Assembly: GCA_003598025.1 (NCBI GenBank)
Contig: QZKH01000003.1
Location: forward strand, 503,221-567,220
DNA from: Candidatus Omnitrophota bacterium
GTDB taxonomy: Bacteria; Omnitrophota; Gorgyraeia; Gygaellales; Profunditerraquicolaceae
Length of the DNA: 64,000 nt
Direction of reading: 5' to 3'
In this document: positions 1-10,392 of the stretch, piece after piece
Position numbering within the stretch: position 1 is the stretch's first letter
How the letters are laid out: each line of letters starts with the position of its first letter
The notes under the pieces: model-generated
Seen by the model: the letters and a program-made list of their open reading frames with translations, nothing else
Database searches by the model: none
What the model was told of the DNA's origin: nothing
Program-made: the position numbers and the translations under genes

Positions 1-279
1 CACCGGCTTGGCATCACGCTTCTCATAATTCGGCGCTTTTGCAAGCCTCCAGAGGCTTTCATGTTTTCCGCAATTATCACAAATACCTTTCTCTTTAAAT
101 TGCCATACCTCTACCGCATAACTGGTAAATATGAATTTATCAACCCAGAAAAATATCGCCCCTCCTATCAGATTTGCGATAACCGTGGACCAGATACCTG
201 TGCCAAGGCGGCGGACAACTAACCAAAGAATAGGCGTGCTCAACTGCCATCTTAATAAATAAAGTAAAAACCTTCTCAT
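1..279 (-). CDS. Hypothetical membrane protein with CxxC motif (partial, runs off window start)
   Basis: Read by hand: ATG at 279 after GGAGGA RBS, MRRFLLYLLRWQLSTPILWL...ANLIGGAIFFWVDKFIF...CDNCGK, open to position 1. Confidence 0.7.
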   Translation of the reverse strand, partial: MRRFLLYLLRWQLSTPILWLVVRRLGTGIWSTVIANLIGGAIFFWVDKFIFTSYAVEVWQFKEKGICDNCGKHESLWRLAKAPNYEKRDAKPV

Positions 280-472
280 AGCATTCCTCCTTACAGAGTT
301 TATGGTTATAATTTATGATTTATTTTGCGATTATTAGATAATTAACAACGAACGGCTGGATTTTGCTGTTTTATAAATATTAATACAATTCATGATTTAG
401 TCAATAAAAAATAAACGCGCACGTTTTAAAAATATTTTTATTTATAAACACAGTAATGACAGGAAAAATCTG

Positions 473-1498
473 TCAACGTATATGGCAGGAAGGCTTCAAC
501 CCGTGCTTTTTATAATAATCCTGATGGTAATCTTCAGCCGGATAGAATTCTAGTGCTTTCACGATCTGGGTAACAACCGGGTTCTTAAACTTTTTCGATT
601 TATCCAGTTTCTCCCTGGATTCCAATGCAAGCATTTCCTGTCCTTTTGTATGGAAAAATATTGCTGAGCGGTACTGCGTTCCAACATCAGGGCCTTGTCT
701 GTTAAGAGCAGTAGGGTCATGTATATCCCAAAAGATATCAAGTAACCCGGAATAAGATATTTTGGCGGGATCATAAACTATCTCAACTGCCTCAGCATGG
801 CCGGTCTTACCGGAACAGACATCTTCATAAGTCGGGTTCTTGAAATGCCCGCCGGTATAACCTACCCTGGTAGAAATAACTCCTTTACCGATAAGCTGGC
901 GGAATGCAGCTTCGACACCCCAAAAACAGCCTGCGGCAAAAGTAGCTGTCTCTGTTTGTACTTTGGCAGGTATAATTGCAAGCTTCAAAGCCAAGGTATT
1001 TATACAATAACGCTTGCCTGTAGGAGGCGGGCCGTCATCAAAAACATGCCCCAAATGCGCATCGCACCTTGCACAAACAACTTCTAAACGCTGGATTCCG
1101 AAACTATTGTCGGGTTTTATCCGGACGTTCAACTCTGATACAGGCTCCCAAAAACTCGGCCAACCTGTCCCAGAATCAAATTTTGTTTTGTATATAAAGA
1201 GGTCTGTTCCGCAGCCAACGCATTGATAGATACCTTCTTCTCCCTTTGACGGAATAGGGCAAACTTTGCTGAACGGAGATTCTGTACCCTTTAACCTTGT
1301 GACTTCAAATTGCTCAGGAGTAAGGATTTTCTTCCATTCCTGGTCAGTTTTGTAGATTTTAGCCACTATTTCAACTTTACCGGTTATGGCATTATAAATT
1401 TTTATCTTTTCATTCCTGAGATTAGAATCCATAGCATTACCTAAGGGTAAAAGAAGTAGAAATAATATTAAAGATAATAAAAGAATACGTTTGTTCAT
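473..1498 (-). CDS. msrAB: Secreted bifunctional methionine sulfoxide reductase (MsrB-MsrA order)
   Basis: Signal peptide; MsrB motifs [22 protein letters not shown]; MsrA motifs [17 protein letters not shown]. Confidence 0.95.
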   Translation of the reverse strand: MNKRILLLSLILFLLLLPLGNAMDSNLRNEKIKIYNAITGKVEIVAKIYKTDQEWKKILTPEQFEVTRLKGTESPFSKVCPIPSKGEEGIYQCVGCGTDLFIYKTKFDSGTGWPSFWEPVSELNVRIKPDNSFGIQRLEVVCARCDAHLGHVFDDGPPPTGKRYCINTLALKLAIIPAKVQTETATFAAGCFWGVEAAFRQLIGKGVISTRVGYTGGHFKNPTYEDVCSGKTGHAEAVEIVYDPAKISYSGLLDIFWDIHDPTALNRQGPDVGTQYRSAIFFHTKGQEMLALESREKLDKSKKFKNPVVTQIVKALEFYPAEDYHQDYYKKHGLKPSCHIR

Positions 1499-1538
1499 AG
1501 TTCATTGTTAGTTCACGGTTCACAGCTCATAGTTCACG
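1493..1538. repeat. Degenerate heptamer tandem repeat (GTTCAYR)
   Basis: gttcata gttcatt gtta gttcacg gttcaca gctcata gttcacg between arfB and msrAB. Confidence 0.6.
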
Positions 1539-1544
1539 GTATAG

Positions 1545-1952
1545 CTAAAGATCAATGCCGGTGACTTTAGAACGTAATGATTTCTTTTGAGAATGCCTGC
1601 GCTTAGCTTCCAATATTTTTATCTTTGCTCTGCGTGACCTTCTGCGTTTCTGCCTCCGGATCTTTTCAATGCGCTTTTGCTCTTCTGAAAGTTTGCCAAG
1701 AATCCTGTTCTCTATTTTTTTTAAAAGAATTCTCCTGGCGCGATAGCGGTTTAAAACCTGAGAGCGCTCCTCCTGGCACTTGACTTCAATACCTGTAGGT
1801 ATGTGGCGAAGGTACACGCAGGTTGCAACTTTATTTATATTCTGCCCGCCCGGACCTTGAGCACGAATAAATCTCTCAACGATGTCGGCTTCTTTAACAC
1901 CAAGGCGCAGCATAGCTTCTTTTAATATCTTTTCTTTTTCTAAAGATACCAT
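1545..1952 (-). CDS. arfB: Peptidyl-tRNA hydrolase ArfB / RF-1-like ribosome rescue factor
   Basis: GPGGQNINK motif, QEERSQ, basic C-terminal tail; start taken at MVSLEK. Confidence 0.85.
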   Translation of the reverse strand: MVSLEKEKILKEAMLRLGVKEADIVERFIRAQGPGGQNINKVATCVYLRHIPTGIEVKCQEERSQVLNRYRARRILLKKIENRILGKLSEEQKRIEKIRRQKRRRSRRAKIKILEAKRRHSQKKSLRSKVTGIDL

Positions 1953-2014
1953 TTCAATACGCTTTCTTTTAATTATATTCCTCTTAAAGGCAACCAGCAA
2001 TAAATAAAACGAAG

Positions 2015-2788
2015 CTAAGCGATACTCCCGGATTCGATAATCTGCCTTAAGGTCTTGATGCGCTCATCTATATAAGGATGCGTCCTTAAATAAATAGGTA
2101 TTTCAGGCCCCGGGCTCTGGCCCTGCTTAATTTTTTCCAGGGCAGATATGGCCGCATTAGGATTAAACCCGGCTCTGGAGGAATACCTGACCCCTAATCT
2201 ATCCGCTTCATATTCATCTTTACGGCTATAGCTTAATGATATCAGATTAAATAAGATATCTATCTGTTCGGCAATATAGCTTGCCTTTGCGCTGCCTTTA
2301 TCTCCGGCTGCCGTAAATGCCACGGTAAGAAGTATCTGGTAAGAAACATGCGACTGGATTTTCTTTATGACATGCCTGGCAGCCACATGGCCTATCTCAT
2401 GGCCGATGACAGAAGCAAGCTCATCGTCATTCAATTTCTCCATTAACCCCTGGTTAACATAAATAAATCCGCCTGGAAGAGTCATGGCATTTAGCTCTTT
2501 ATCTTCCAATACCTGAAATTCATATTCTATATCCTGGCGGTCTGACACTTTGGCTAACCTAGCGCCAATCCTGCGTGCCCTTTCCTGAAGATTGCGGCTC
2601 TTTGCAAGTGGCTGCGTCTTGACTAGTTCGGCTGCCATATTCCTGCCGATAGCCGCCTCTGTGGGGCTGTTTATAAGAATAAATTCTCTTCTGTCTGTGG
2701 CCGGGTTATAAATAGTAACACAGCCGGAGAAAAACAAAGACATTCCGGCAATCGCGTATATAAATAACTTTCTTACCATATGTTGCAT
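2015..2788 (-). CDS. M48 family zinc metalloprotease lipoprotein
   Basis: Lipobox FSGC; [21 protein letters not shown] motifs. Confidence 0.92.
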   Translation of the reverse strand: MQHMVRKLFIYAIAGMSLFFSGCVTIYNPATDRREFILINSPTEAAIGRNMAAELVKTQPLAKSRNLQERARRIGARLAKVSDRQDIEYEFQVLEDKELNAMTLPGGFIYVNQGLMEKLNDDELASVIGHEIGHVAARHVIKKIQSHVSYQILLTVAFTAAGDKGSAKASYIAEQIDILFNLISLSYSRKDEYEADRLGVRYSSRAGFNPNAAISALEKIKQGQSPGPEIPIYLRTHPYIDERIKTLRQIIESGSIA

Positions 2789-2807
2789 GTCTATTATAGG
2801 TATGCGG

Positions 2808-3554
2808 TTATTTACCCTTAAGCATATCCTCTAGCATCATGCGGTGAAACAATAATTCCTTATACATAGGGTCATTTTTATCCAGGTATTTCTCTGCTTC
2901 CAATAAATATGAAATGGCCTGCTCATAATCTCCCATGTTTGTATAAACCGAACCTAAATTAGCCCAGGACCGCCAGCTATTAGGTATGATCTCCAGGCAC
3001 TTCTTTGTATACTCAATAGATAATTTATAATAACTATCGTCCTTATTCTGGTTATAAGGCTCAATCCCTTTTTCAAGGTAATTAGCTCCCAGGCTATAAT
3101 AAATCTGTGCCATAGTAAACTTGTCATCCGTTTTTGATAAAGCCATCTTGCCTAATTCTATAGCCTTGTCAAAATCATGGCTGGCATAGTAATAATTAAT
3201 TTTCTTCAGAATCTCTTCTATGGAAGAGTCGGCTCTTATTTCTATATTCTCTTTTGGATCAGGGGGTTTGGTATATTCCGAATTTAAAACCTCTACCTTG
3301 GCAGATTTCTTGTCCGGTTCGGCCTGGGTACCAGTAGTGTCAACGACATCTTTTCGTATGGCCATTACTTCATCCTTAAAATAAGTAAGCGGTGTGCCAT
3401 TAAAATCGATCTTCACATAAGTATCCGTATCCTCCAATATCTTGCCTTCTACAGTCTTACCATTCTTCAGAACTACCATTTCTGCAAAAGCCGGACAGAT
3501 CAACAAAAGAGCAACAAGACAACCGACAATCAGCTTTCTCATCACTTCCTCCAT
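2808..3554 (-). CDS. Secreted TPR protein
   Basis: Signal peptide AFA; LKNGKTVEGKI N-terminal module; TPR-like WANLGSVYTNMGDYEQAI. Confidence 0.8.
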   Translation of the reverse strand: MEEVMRKLIVGCLVALLLICPAFAEMVVLKNGKTVEGKILEDTDTYVKIDFNGTPLTYFKDEVMAIRKDVVDTTGTQAEPDKKSAKVEVLNSEYTKPPDPKENIEIRADSSIEEILKKINYYYASHDFDKAIELGKMALSKTDDKFTMAQIYYSLGANYLEKGIEPYNQNKDDSYYKLSIEYTKKCLEIIPNSWRSWANLGSVYTNMGDYEQAISYLLEAEKYLDKNDPMYKELLFHRMMLEDMLKGK

Positions 3555-3656
3555 TTGTTAAAGCATCGAATAAGGACCGTTTCCCTCTAACCCACTGTAA
3601 CGCATTCAGATATGAGTGAAGTGTCCCCATCTGAACTTTTTAATAACCGATAATAA

Positions 3657-4094
3657 TTATACTCCGATATCCTCGCTCCAGAGCCTTGGGTTATCCTTGA
3701 TAAATCTCTTCATCAACGAAATACAGGTTTCATCCTGCAACACTTCCAGGCTAACCCCCCTGGAACGCAAAAGCTCTTCTTCTCCCTTAAATGTCTTATT
3801 CTCTCCGATAACAACATGAGGGATCTTATAAAGGAGTATTGCCCCTGAGCACATAGGACACGGAGAGAGAGTTGTGTAAAGCGTACATTTTTTATATTCG
3901 GACGCCTCCATACGTCCTGCGTCTTCTAATGCGGCTATTTCGGCATGTAAAATCGCGCTGCGATTCTGGATGCGCCTATTGTGCCCGCGGCCGATTATCT
4001 TACCGTTACAAACGATAACCGAGCCTATTGGTATGCCGCCTTCTTTTAACCCTGCCTTTGCTTCTTCTATTGCAGCCTTAAGATACTCATTCAT
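3657..4094 (-). CDS. Nucleoside/cytosine deaminase (zinc-dependent)
   Basis: HAE and PCPMC motifs. Confidence 0.92.
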   Translation of the reverse strand: MNEYLKAAIEEAKAGLKEGGIPIGSVIVCNGKIIGRGHNRRIQNRSAILHAEIAALEDAGRMEASEYKKCTLYTTLSPCPMCSGAILLYKIPHVVIGENKTFKGEEELLRSRGVSLEVLQDETCISLMKRFIKDNPRLWSEDIGV

Positions 4095-4275
4095 TTAAAA
4101 AGGGACACCTCTATATTTTCCATAAGACCCGAAAACATAGCAGCATCCCCCTTTCATTCCCAAGTTTAGATTAAAATTATAAATGCTTTTATCTAACTAT
4201 GGAATGTATTATAGTTCTGAATATATTTTATATCAAGAAATTTAATTTTAGATAATCTACGGCGATTGGCAAGGC

Positions 4276-5529
4276 TTAAAAACGGCGGAATTTATTTCTT
4301 TTTGGGTTATGGCGGCGCGAGTCCTTGCTGGGGGCCTTTTGCCCTGACTCAATAAAATCTTCATGGGCAATTTCAGGGTGTTTTGACAAAGGAAGGGTGT
4401 GCCTGATGATTTTTTCTATTTCTTTTACGTCGCGGCGCTGCTCAGGGGTAGCAAATGATATAGCATGCCCTTTAGCCCCTGCCCTGGCGGTACGTCCGAT
4501 ACGGTGCACATAATTTTCAGCGTCTTCCGGCAAATCATAGTTGATAACCAGCTCTATCCCGCTTACGTCTATGCCTCTTGCGGCTATATCTGTAGCGACA
4601 AGCACCTTGTATTTCCCCGACTTAAAGCCTTCAAGTGCCTCACGGCGCTGGGATAGATTGCGGTTTGAGTGCATCTCTGCAGCGCTATAGCCCATATTCC
4701 TTATTGATATCTTGATCTTGCGCGCGTTATGTTTGGTGCGCGAAAACAAAAGCACCGGGCCATGATACTGCGCAAGCAATTTACTTAATAATTTAAGCTT
4801 AGTCTCTTTCTTGACTATGAACAATTCCTGCGTTACAAGCTCTGCCGTGGTACCTGAAGGGGCAATTTCAACAGAAACAGGTAATTTCATATGCTTTGCC
4901 GCAATCTCAACGATCTCTTTAGGCATAGTCGCCGAGAATAACATAGTCTGCCTGTTTTTCGGTATGAAATGAAGGATCTTGGTTATCTGCGGAGCAAATC
5001 CCATATCCAGCATACGGTCAGCTTCATCGAGTACAAGCATGATAACATTGTCAGTCATAAAATTCCACTGGCTCATATGATCAAGCAGCCTGCCGGGAGT
5101 AGCAATAACTATGCGCGGGTTCTTACGCAGAGCTTGCACTTGAGCGCCCATTGGCGCGCCTCCGATTAAACAGGCGGTTTTTAGCCCAAATGGATGCACC
5201 AAACTGTAAAAAGCTTCGTCTATCTGTATAGCAAGTTCTCGCGTAGGCGCAAGCACCAGCCCCACCCCGTCCATCCTGGCAAGGCGCTGGACCATAGGAA
5301 TAGCAAAAGCATGGGTTTTGCCGGTTCCGGTCTGCGCGATACCGATTACATCCTTGCCTTCAATTGCAACAGGTATGGTCTTAAATTGTATTGGTGTAGG
5401 CACCTTAAATTTTATGCGCTCCAGGGTCTCAATTATCTTAGGCGCGATACCCAGGCCATAAAAACTCTTCTGTGCCGGGTCAAGCTCTCGATATAGAGCA
5501 TTCTCGGTGATATTCTTGTTAAATGTCAT
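4276..5529 (-). CDS. DEAD-box RNA helicase (RhlE-like)
   Basis: AQTGTGKT, PTRELA, DEAD, SAT, ARGID, HRIGRTARAG. Confidence 0.95.
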   Translation of the reverse strand: MTFNKNITENALYRELDPAQKSFYGLGIAPKIIETLERIKFKVPTPIQFKTIPVAIEGKDVIGIAQTGTGKTHAFAIPMVQRLARMDGVGLVLAPTRELAIQIDEAFYSLVHPFGLKTACLIGGAPMGAQVQALRKNPRIVIATPGRLLDHMSQWNFMTDNVIMLVLDEADRMLDMGFAPQITKILHFIPKNRQTMLFSATMPKEIVEIAAKHMKLPVSVEIAPSGTTAELVTQELFIVKKETKLKLLSKLLAQYHGPVLLFSRTKHNARKIKISIRNMGYSAAEMHSNRNLSQRREALEGFKSGKYKVLVATDIAARGIDVSGIELVINYDLPEDAENYVHRIGRTARAGAKGHAISFATPEQRRDVKEIEKIIRHTLPLSKHPEIAHEDFIESGQKAPSKDSRRHNPKRNKFRRF

Positions 5530-5704
5530 TATTTAGCAGTCCTTTGTTTGGGAAGAAAATCAAGCTGGCGAAGATGTATGTGGCAGTATTCTCCGTGATT
5601 GTAAATACTCAGAATATGTTTACATAAGGGGACCTTGCATTTTCTACCTTTGCTAGAAATCTTTACTTTTTTGATTTCAGAGCTCCTTTTTTGCCTTCAA
5701 ATGT

Positions 5705-5751
5705 CAAAAAAAGAAAAGCCGTAAAGGTTAGTTGCCCGCCCTTTACGGCTG
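5705..5751 (-). terminator. Intrinsic terminator-like hairpin in helicase leader
   Basis: AGCCGTAAAGG...CCTTTACGGCT stem followed by T-tract on the minus strand. Confidence 0.7.
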
Positions 5752-5779
5752 CCGATCTCTAATCTTTAATTGTTAGATT

Positions 5780-5807
5780 ATTATACCACCTTAAGCTGTT
5801 TTGTCAA
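5780..5807 (-). promoter_or_regulatory. Sigma70-type promoter
   Basis: TTGACA-N16-TATAAT on the minus strand. Confidence 0.7.
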
Positions 5808-5850
5808 ACACAATCTTTTCCGGATATTTAAAGCGGCGATAAAGGCAAGA

Positions 5851-6012
5851 TCAAACAGATACTTTTTTTGCTTCGTTAGTCACATTTTTATTCAGGATTT
5901 CTTTGCATTTTAAACATACTATCATTCGTTCTCTTTTATCTTTTTGCATAGTAAATACCGGCACCAGATAATTATGTGACATTTTCTGCCCGCATCTCAT
6001 ACAGCTATTCAT
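5851..6012 (-). CDS. Small zinc-finger-like hypothetical protein
   Basis: CMRC...CLKC; start at MNSC after AGGTG. Confidence 0.55.
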   Translation of the reverse strand: MNSCMRCGQKMSHNYLVPVFTMQKDKRERMIVCLKCKEILNKNVTNEAKKVSV

Positions 6013-6065
6013 TTGACACCTCACTTTTGATTTTTTGCTTTTAAGAACAACCAGACAATGCAAGC

Positions 6066-6107
6066 GTAAAAAAAACCGCAAGGCAAAGTATGCTGTCCTT
6101 GCGGTTT
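6066..6107 (-). terminator. Intrinsic terminator
   Basis: AAACCGCAAGG...CCTTGCGGTTT stem plus T-tract downstream of the CxxC gene. Confidence 0.75.
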
Positions 6108-6152
6108 GAATCTCCGTCTTATATTATGATTATCGTATCGGCTTGCTGGAAG

Positions 6153-6314
6153 TTAACGGCCTTCGTTCTTGCGCTTTGAATAACAATCTTTGCAATATAT
6201 CGGGCGGTCTTCTCTTGGTTTAAACGGGACTTCGCACTCTTTTTTACATTCTGAGCATACTGCCTTATGCATTTCCCTTGGTCCGCCGAATCTACCACCA
6301 TCTTGATACCCCAT
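6153..6314 (-). CDS. CxxC-x17-CxxC domain protein
   Basis: REMHKAVCSECKKECEVPFKPREDRPIYCKDCY; GGAGG RBS. Confidence 0.9.
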   Translation of the reverse strand: MGYQDGGRFGGPREMHKAVCSECKKECEVPFKPREDRPIYCKDCYSKRKNEGR

Positions 6315-6398
6315 TTTTCCTCCGTTGGTTTTTTGCTGATGTTTCAGCATTGACTTGTGATTATAGAGCTATTAAGAAAATAAAGCAAGGGTTATTTA

Positions 6399-6581
6399 CT
6401 ATAAAGATGGGTTATCACCGGTAACTTGATTATGCCCGTCTCTTGAGCCATCCGGTAAATCAGCCAGCGGGACGTTCTCCATCGCCTTTTTATTCAATTT
6501 CTTTTGCTTTTTTTCTTCTGCCTTCTTCTTTCTTGCTAGCTCCTTCTGATACTTTTGAAATGAATAATTATCTCTACCCAA
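6399..6581 (-). CDS. Small basic hypothetical protein
   Basis: NYSFQKYQKELARKKKAEEK; AGGAGA RBS, TTG start. Confidence 0.65.
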   Translation of the reverse strand: MGRDNYSFQKYQKELARKKKAEEKKQKKLNKKAMENVPLADLPDGSRDGHNQVTGDNPSL

Positions 6582-6677
6582 GATATTCTCCTTACTGCGC
6601 CTTTAATAGTACGCAATAAAGATTCTACTCTAAAACCTGCGCTATGCAAACTATTTATAACAAAACGGCTATTTATC

Positions 6678-7478
6678 TTAAAGTTTATCAATAAATTCTT
6701 TTATTGCCTTTTTATATTCTGGAAAGGAAATTAAAAAACTTTCATTATGCGGGCCGTTTATAGAAACGATTTTCTTCGGGAAAGAACTAACTCCGTAAAG
6801 TTTTTGAGCAAGTCGGTAAGGCACTATCTCATCCTCTCTGCTGTGTATGAATAATTTAGGCATTTTGGCGCCTCTTACCTTTGCCAGAGAATTATAGCTA
6901 TTTGAGAAAATTATCCTCGGCAGAAATGGATAGATTTCTTTTGCCATATCTTTACCGGAAGAAAAAGCGCCTTCTAAGATAAGCGCCTTTACCTTATTCT
7001 TAGAAGCAAGGTCCACGGCTACGGCTGTTCCCAGCGATTCACCGTATAGAATAACCTCATCGGCTGCAATATTGCGTTTATTTACCAGAAAATGATAGCT
7101 GGCACTTGCGTCTTTATAAAGCCCGGACTCACTGGGCTTTCCTTCACTTTTGCCAAATCCCCGGTAATCAATAATTAAAATGTTCAGGCCAAGCTCATAA
7201 AGCATCCCTATTTTATCAATCCTATCTCCAATATTACCGGCATTTCCATGCAAGAATAAAAGCGTGTATTTGGCTTTAGGGTTTTGCAAGAACCAGCCGT
7301 TTATTTTTAAATTGTCTTCTGTGGTTATCATTATATCTTCGAAAGGAATCCCGGAAGACGAAGGATACGCCAATATATCTTTGGAAGGATAAAATATTCC
7401 TTTATATTCAACATATTTAACGTAAACAAAAACTAAACAAAAAACTGCCAGTATAATTACTAATATTTTATAAAACAT
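6678..7478 (-). CDS. Alpha/beta hydrolase (BEM46/ABHD13-like)
   Basis: HGNAGN, DYRGFG, GESLG nucleophile elbow, DEIVP, HN. Confidence 0.9.
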   Translation of the reverse strand: MFYKILVIILAVFCLVFVYVKYVEYKGIFYPSKDILAYPSSSGIPFEDIMITTEDNLKINGWFLQNPKAKYTLLFLHGNAGNIGDRIDKIGMLYELGLNILIIDYRGFGKSEGKPSESGLYKDASASYHFLVNKRNIAADEVILYGESLGTAVAVDLASKNKVKALILEGAFSSGKDMAKEIYPFLPRIIFSNSYNSLAKVRGAKMPKLFIHSREDEIVPYRLAQKLYGVSSFPKKIVSINGPHNESFLISFPEYKKAIKEFIDKL

Positions 7479-7504
7479 ATTAATTAAAGCAATGTCTCCG
7501 CAAC

Positions 7505-8176
7505 CTATCTTACTTTGACTTTACTTATCTTAGCCGGTAGTATAACGATCTCTACCCTTCTATTCTTCTGTTTATTCTCAGGAGAATCGTTAGCAGCCAC
7601 AGGATGAAATTCTCCGTAACCATTTGCTGATAACCTTTGCGGCTCAAGATTGCATTCATCTACAAGATAATGAAGGACCGCAAGAGCGCGGGCAGACGAT
7701 AATTCCCAATTCGTCTTCCACACAGAAAATTTTATTGGATCATTATCAGTATGGCCTTCTATCGCCACGGCAGAATCAGGAACATTCCTATTCAGGACTT
7801 CGGCAACTTTGTTAAGCGTATCTTTGCCATTATCTTTCACCTTGTCTTTACCGGAATCAAAAAATATTTCGGAAACAAAAGTTATTACAAGCCCCCGTTC
7901 GGTCATCTCCAGCTTAGCTTTATAATCACCTATTTCTTTCCTTAGCGCATCCTCTAATTCAAGGTTAGCCTTCTCAAGCTCAGAAAGTTCCTTCTCTTTT
8001 TGTTTGACGACACTCTCAACTTCCCTTGTTTTTTCCTTTTGGAGTTGCGCAATATGAGCCCGTAAATTCTGGTTTTCAATCTCAAGTTCATCAGTCCTCT
8101 TGATTTTCTGAATATAGGCACACCCTGACATGGTAAATATTGCCAAAAACATAATAACCACAAATTTTGCCTTCAT
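7505..8176 (-). CDS. OmpA/MotB-family lipoprotein
   Basis: Lipobox SGC, coiled coil, IEGHTD, NWELSSARA, NRRVEI. Confidence 0.9.
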   Translation of the reverse strand: MKAKFVVIMFLAIFTMSGCAYIQKIKRTDELEIENQNLRAHIAQLQKEKTREVESVVKQKEKELSELEKANLELEDALRKEIGDYKAKLEMTERGLVITFVSEIFFDSGKDKVKDNGKDTLNKVAEVLNRNVPDSAVAIEGHTDNDPIKFSVWKTNWELSSARALAVLHYLVDECNLEPQRLSANGYGEFHPVAANDSPENKQKNRRVEIVILPAKISKVKVR

Positions 8177-8180
8177 ATGT

Positions 8181-8921
8181 TTAGGCCTCCTTTTCTAAAA
8201 GCAACTCATTTATCGTCACAAACTGATACCCTTTTCCCTGTAAGGTTTCGATAATTATCGGTAATGCTTTCACGATTTGACTTCGATCCGTATTGTTGGA
8301 CAAACGATTGCCATCATGGAGCAATATAATTGATCCATTCCGGACATTGCCCACAACCCTATGCGCAATTTTTCTAGAATGGCTATCCTGCCTGCCGTTT
8401 AAGCCGCTCACTGACCATTTAATAATGGTATAGCCGGAATTCTCTGCCTCTTGTAACACTACATTGTTATCAACACCATAGGGCGGTCTAAAAAGATACG
8501 GTTTTATTCCTGTTGCATCAATAATCGCTTTTTCAGTTTTTCGTATTTGCTGCTTTATCTGCCTCTGATTCTGCAACCTAAGATCCGGATGGTCATAGGT
8601 GTGATTTCCAATTATATGCCCCTCATCCCTAATTCTTTTCGCCAGCTCCGGTAGAACCTCCACATTCTTACCAATCAAGAAAAATGTTGCCCTTATATTG
8701 TATTTCTTGAGAATGTCTAATATCTGTGGCGTATAAATGCTCTGAGGACCATCATCAAAGGTCAAGGCGATCTTGTTTCGAGTTGAATCTCCATGCCAAT
8801 AAACAACACCCTTCCTATTCTTCTTATTATGAAGATTGGCTTCGGCAGTACCCAACATCGCCAAGGAAACAAAACACACACCTAAGAAAATAAAGGTTTT
8901 ACTTAACTGTTTCGCTATCAT
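8181..8921 (-). CDS. Polysaccharide (peptidoglycan) deacetylase, NodB family
   Basis: TFDDGP, HTYDH, FRPPYG, LLHD. Confidence 0.92.
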   Translation of the reverse strand: MIAKQLSKTFIFLGVCFVSLAMLGTAEANLHNKKNRKGVVYWHGDSTRNKIALTFDDGPQSIYTPQILDILKKYNIRATFFLIGKNVEVLPELAKRIRDEGHIIGNHTYDHPDLRLQNQRQIKQQIRKTEKAIIDATGIKPYLFRPPYGVDNNVVLQEAENSGYTIIKWSVSGLNGRQDSHSRKIAHRVVGNVRNGSIILLHDGNRLSNNTDRSQIVKALPIIIETLQGKGYQFVTINELLLEKEA

Positions 8922-8932
8922 TGAATTAATTA

Positions 8933-9880
8933 TTATTTTAAGTTTACCTTATAATTATTTAATTGTTCGAAATATTTATATGCCTGTAATGATATTCTTG
9001 CGATGAATTCTTTGGAAGGAGCGCTGTTCGCATCAGCATGCTTGGTTAATACCACAATGATAAAATCACCGCTGCAAGTAAATACTATGCCCGTATCATG
9101 ACAGACGCCTTTTTCAAGACCGGTTTTATGCGCGACAGTTATCTCAGGTGGCAAATATTTGGGAATACGGTCGTTCATTCGAGCAAGTTTTAAAATACGC
9201 AGACAGCGATCCGAAACTGATTTATTCCCGAGAGCCCTTCTGTATATCTTTTCTAACAATAAGACCATATCTTCAGCTGTAGTATAATTCTCGAGTCCTT
9301 TGTCACGCGAACGATAATCCGCTATTTTGCGGGACAAAAAGGTATTTTGTAGACCAAAGTCCTGAAATGTTTTATTCAAATAGTCAATGCCAAGCAGATC
9401 GGTGAGGATATTGGTGGCAGTATTATCACTGTCATATATCATAAACCCGATAAGCCTGTCAACGCTGAACGACTTGCCCGCAGGCAGATCTTTCAGCATG
9501 CCCGAACCAGTAAGCTTATCAGTAGATTTTAAAGATATATCACGGTTCAACTTGATCAAATTTTGTTCGGCTGCCAAGAAACACCCAGCCATAATAGGGA
9601 TCTTAGCCAGGCTTGCCGAAGGGAACAATTTGGATTTCTGATATGACAACTCCCATCCGGCATGCAAATCTTTTATGACTATTCCCGCTTCACCCTTGAA
9701 TTGGTCTATCTCAGATTTCAAATGCCGCCCTAACTCTTGCCAAGCAGCTCTTCTAACCTGCCGTAAATAAAATTCCTGCCTGGTCTTTTCGGATCTTTCA
9801 AGGTATCGCCTGACTGAATATCCGGCACTCGCCGATAAGATCACAATTGATATTACAAGAATTGTGTTTTTTATTCTCAT
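8933..9880 (-). CDS. Class A beta-lactamase-related serine hydrolase (PBP-like)
   Basis: SLAK (SxxK), SDN and KTG motifs; omega-loop Glu not evident. Confidence 0.85.
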   Translation of the reverse strand: MRIKNTILVISIVILSASAGYSVRRYLERSEKTRQEFYLRQVRRAAWQELGRHLKSEIDQFKGEAGIVIKDLHAGWELSYQKSKLFPSASLAKIPIMAGCFLAAEQNLIKLNRDISLKSTDKLTGSGMLKDLPAGKSFSVDRLIGFMIYDSDNTATNILTDLLGIDYLNKTFQDFGLQNTFLSRKIADYRSRDKGLENYTTAEDMVLLLEKIYRRALGNKSVSDRCLRILKLARMNDRIPKYLPPEITVAHKTGLEKGVCHDTGIVFTCSGDFIIVVLTKHADANSAPSKEFIARISLQAYKYFEQLNNYKVNLK

Positions 9881-9882
9881 TC

Positions 9883-10281
9883 TTACCGGGATAAATATCT
9901 GTTTAACGCAGCAGAAGTCTTTTTACCAACTATCCCATCGGCTTTCAGCCCTTTGGCTTTTTGAAATTCAATAATGGCTGCCTTGGTTTTAGGCCCGATT
10001 TTTCCGTCAATAGGCCCTTTATAGTAACCGGCATTCTGCAAAGCCCTTTGTATCTGCTTCGAAGTTAATTGCACATTAGAATCCCTATCGGTCTTGCTTG
10101 CTGATTTTTCATAACTACCGACTGACCAGGAATTATCGTAATCATATACTCCCTGCTGATATGACCCCTGGCTGCTGCCGGATGAGACCACCTGTGATGA
10201 ACCATTCTGTTTCTTGGATACGGTGGCACATCCTGCTAAAGCATAAACTAAGAAAAACAATAATATTGGCCTTACCGGCAT
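9883..10281 (-). CDS. Peptidoglycan-binding lipoprotein (PG_binding_1)
   Basis: Lipobox LAGC; IQRAL...DGKIGPKT...FQK...DGIVGKKT. Confidence 0.88.
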   Translation of the reverse strand: MPVRPILLFFLVYALAGCATVSKKQNGSSQVVSSGSSQGSYQQGVYDYDNSWSVGSYEKSASKTDRDSNVQLTSKQIQRALQNAGYYKGPIDGKIGPKTKAAIIEFQKAKGLKADGIVGKKTSAALNRYLSR

Positions 10282-10392
10282 CTTTTCTCCTCCTTTTTGT
10301 TATCCATACAATCTCCCAAAGATACTACGATCAATTTTGTTTATTGCGCATAGAAAGCACTTCACTAGTTTCTCGAACTTGTTCAGATACAT

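Noticed and set aside
3570-4150. REP-like GGGACA/TGTCCC fragments around the deaminase gene
   Set aside because: Too short and degenerate to support a repeat call
7505-8176. Flagellar stator motB
   Set aside because: Has a lipobox instead of the MotB TM with conserved Asp, and no motA neighbour
8933-9880. Antibiotic-resistance class A beta-lactamase
   Set aside because: Omega-loop Glu166 equivalent is not evident and the context is a cell-wall operon; PBP-like hydrolase is more likely
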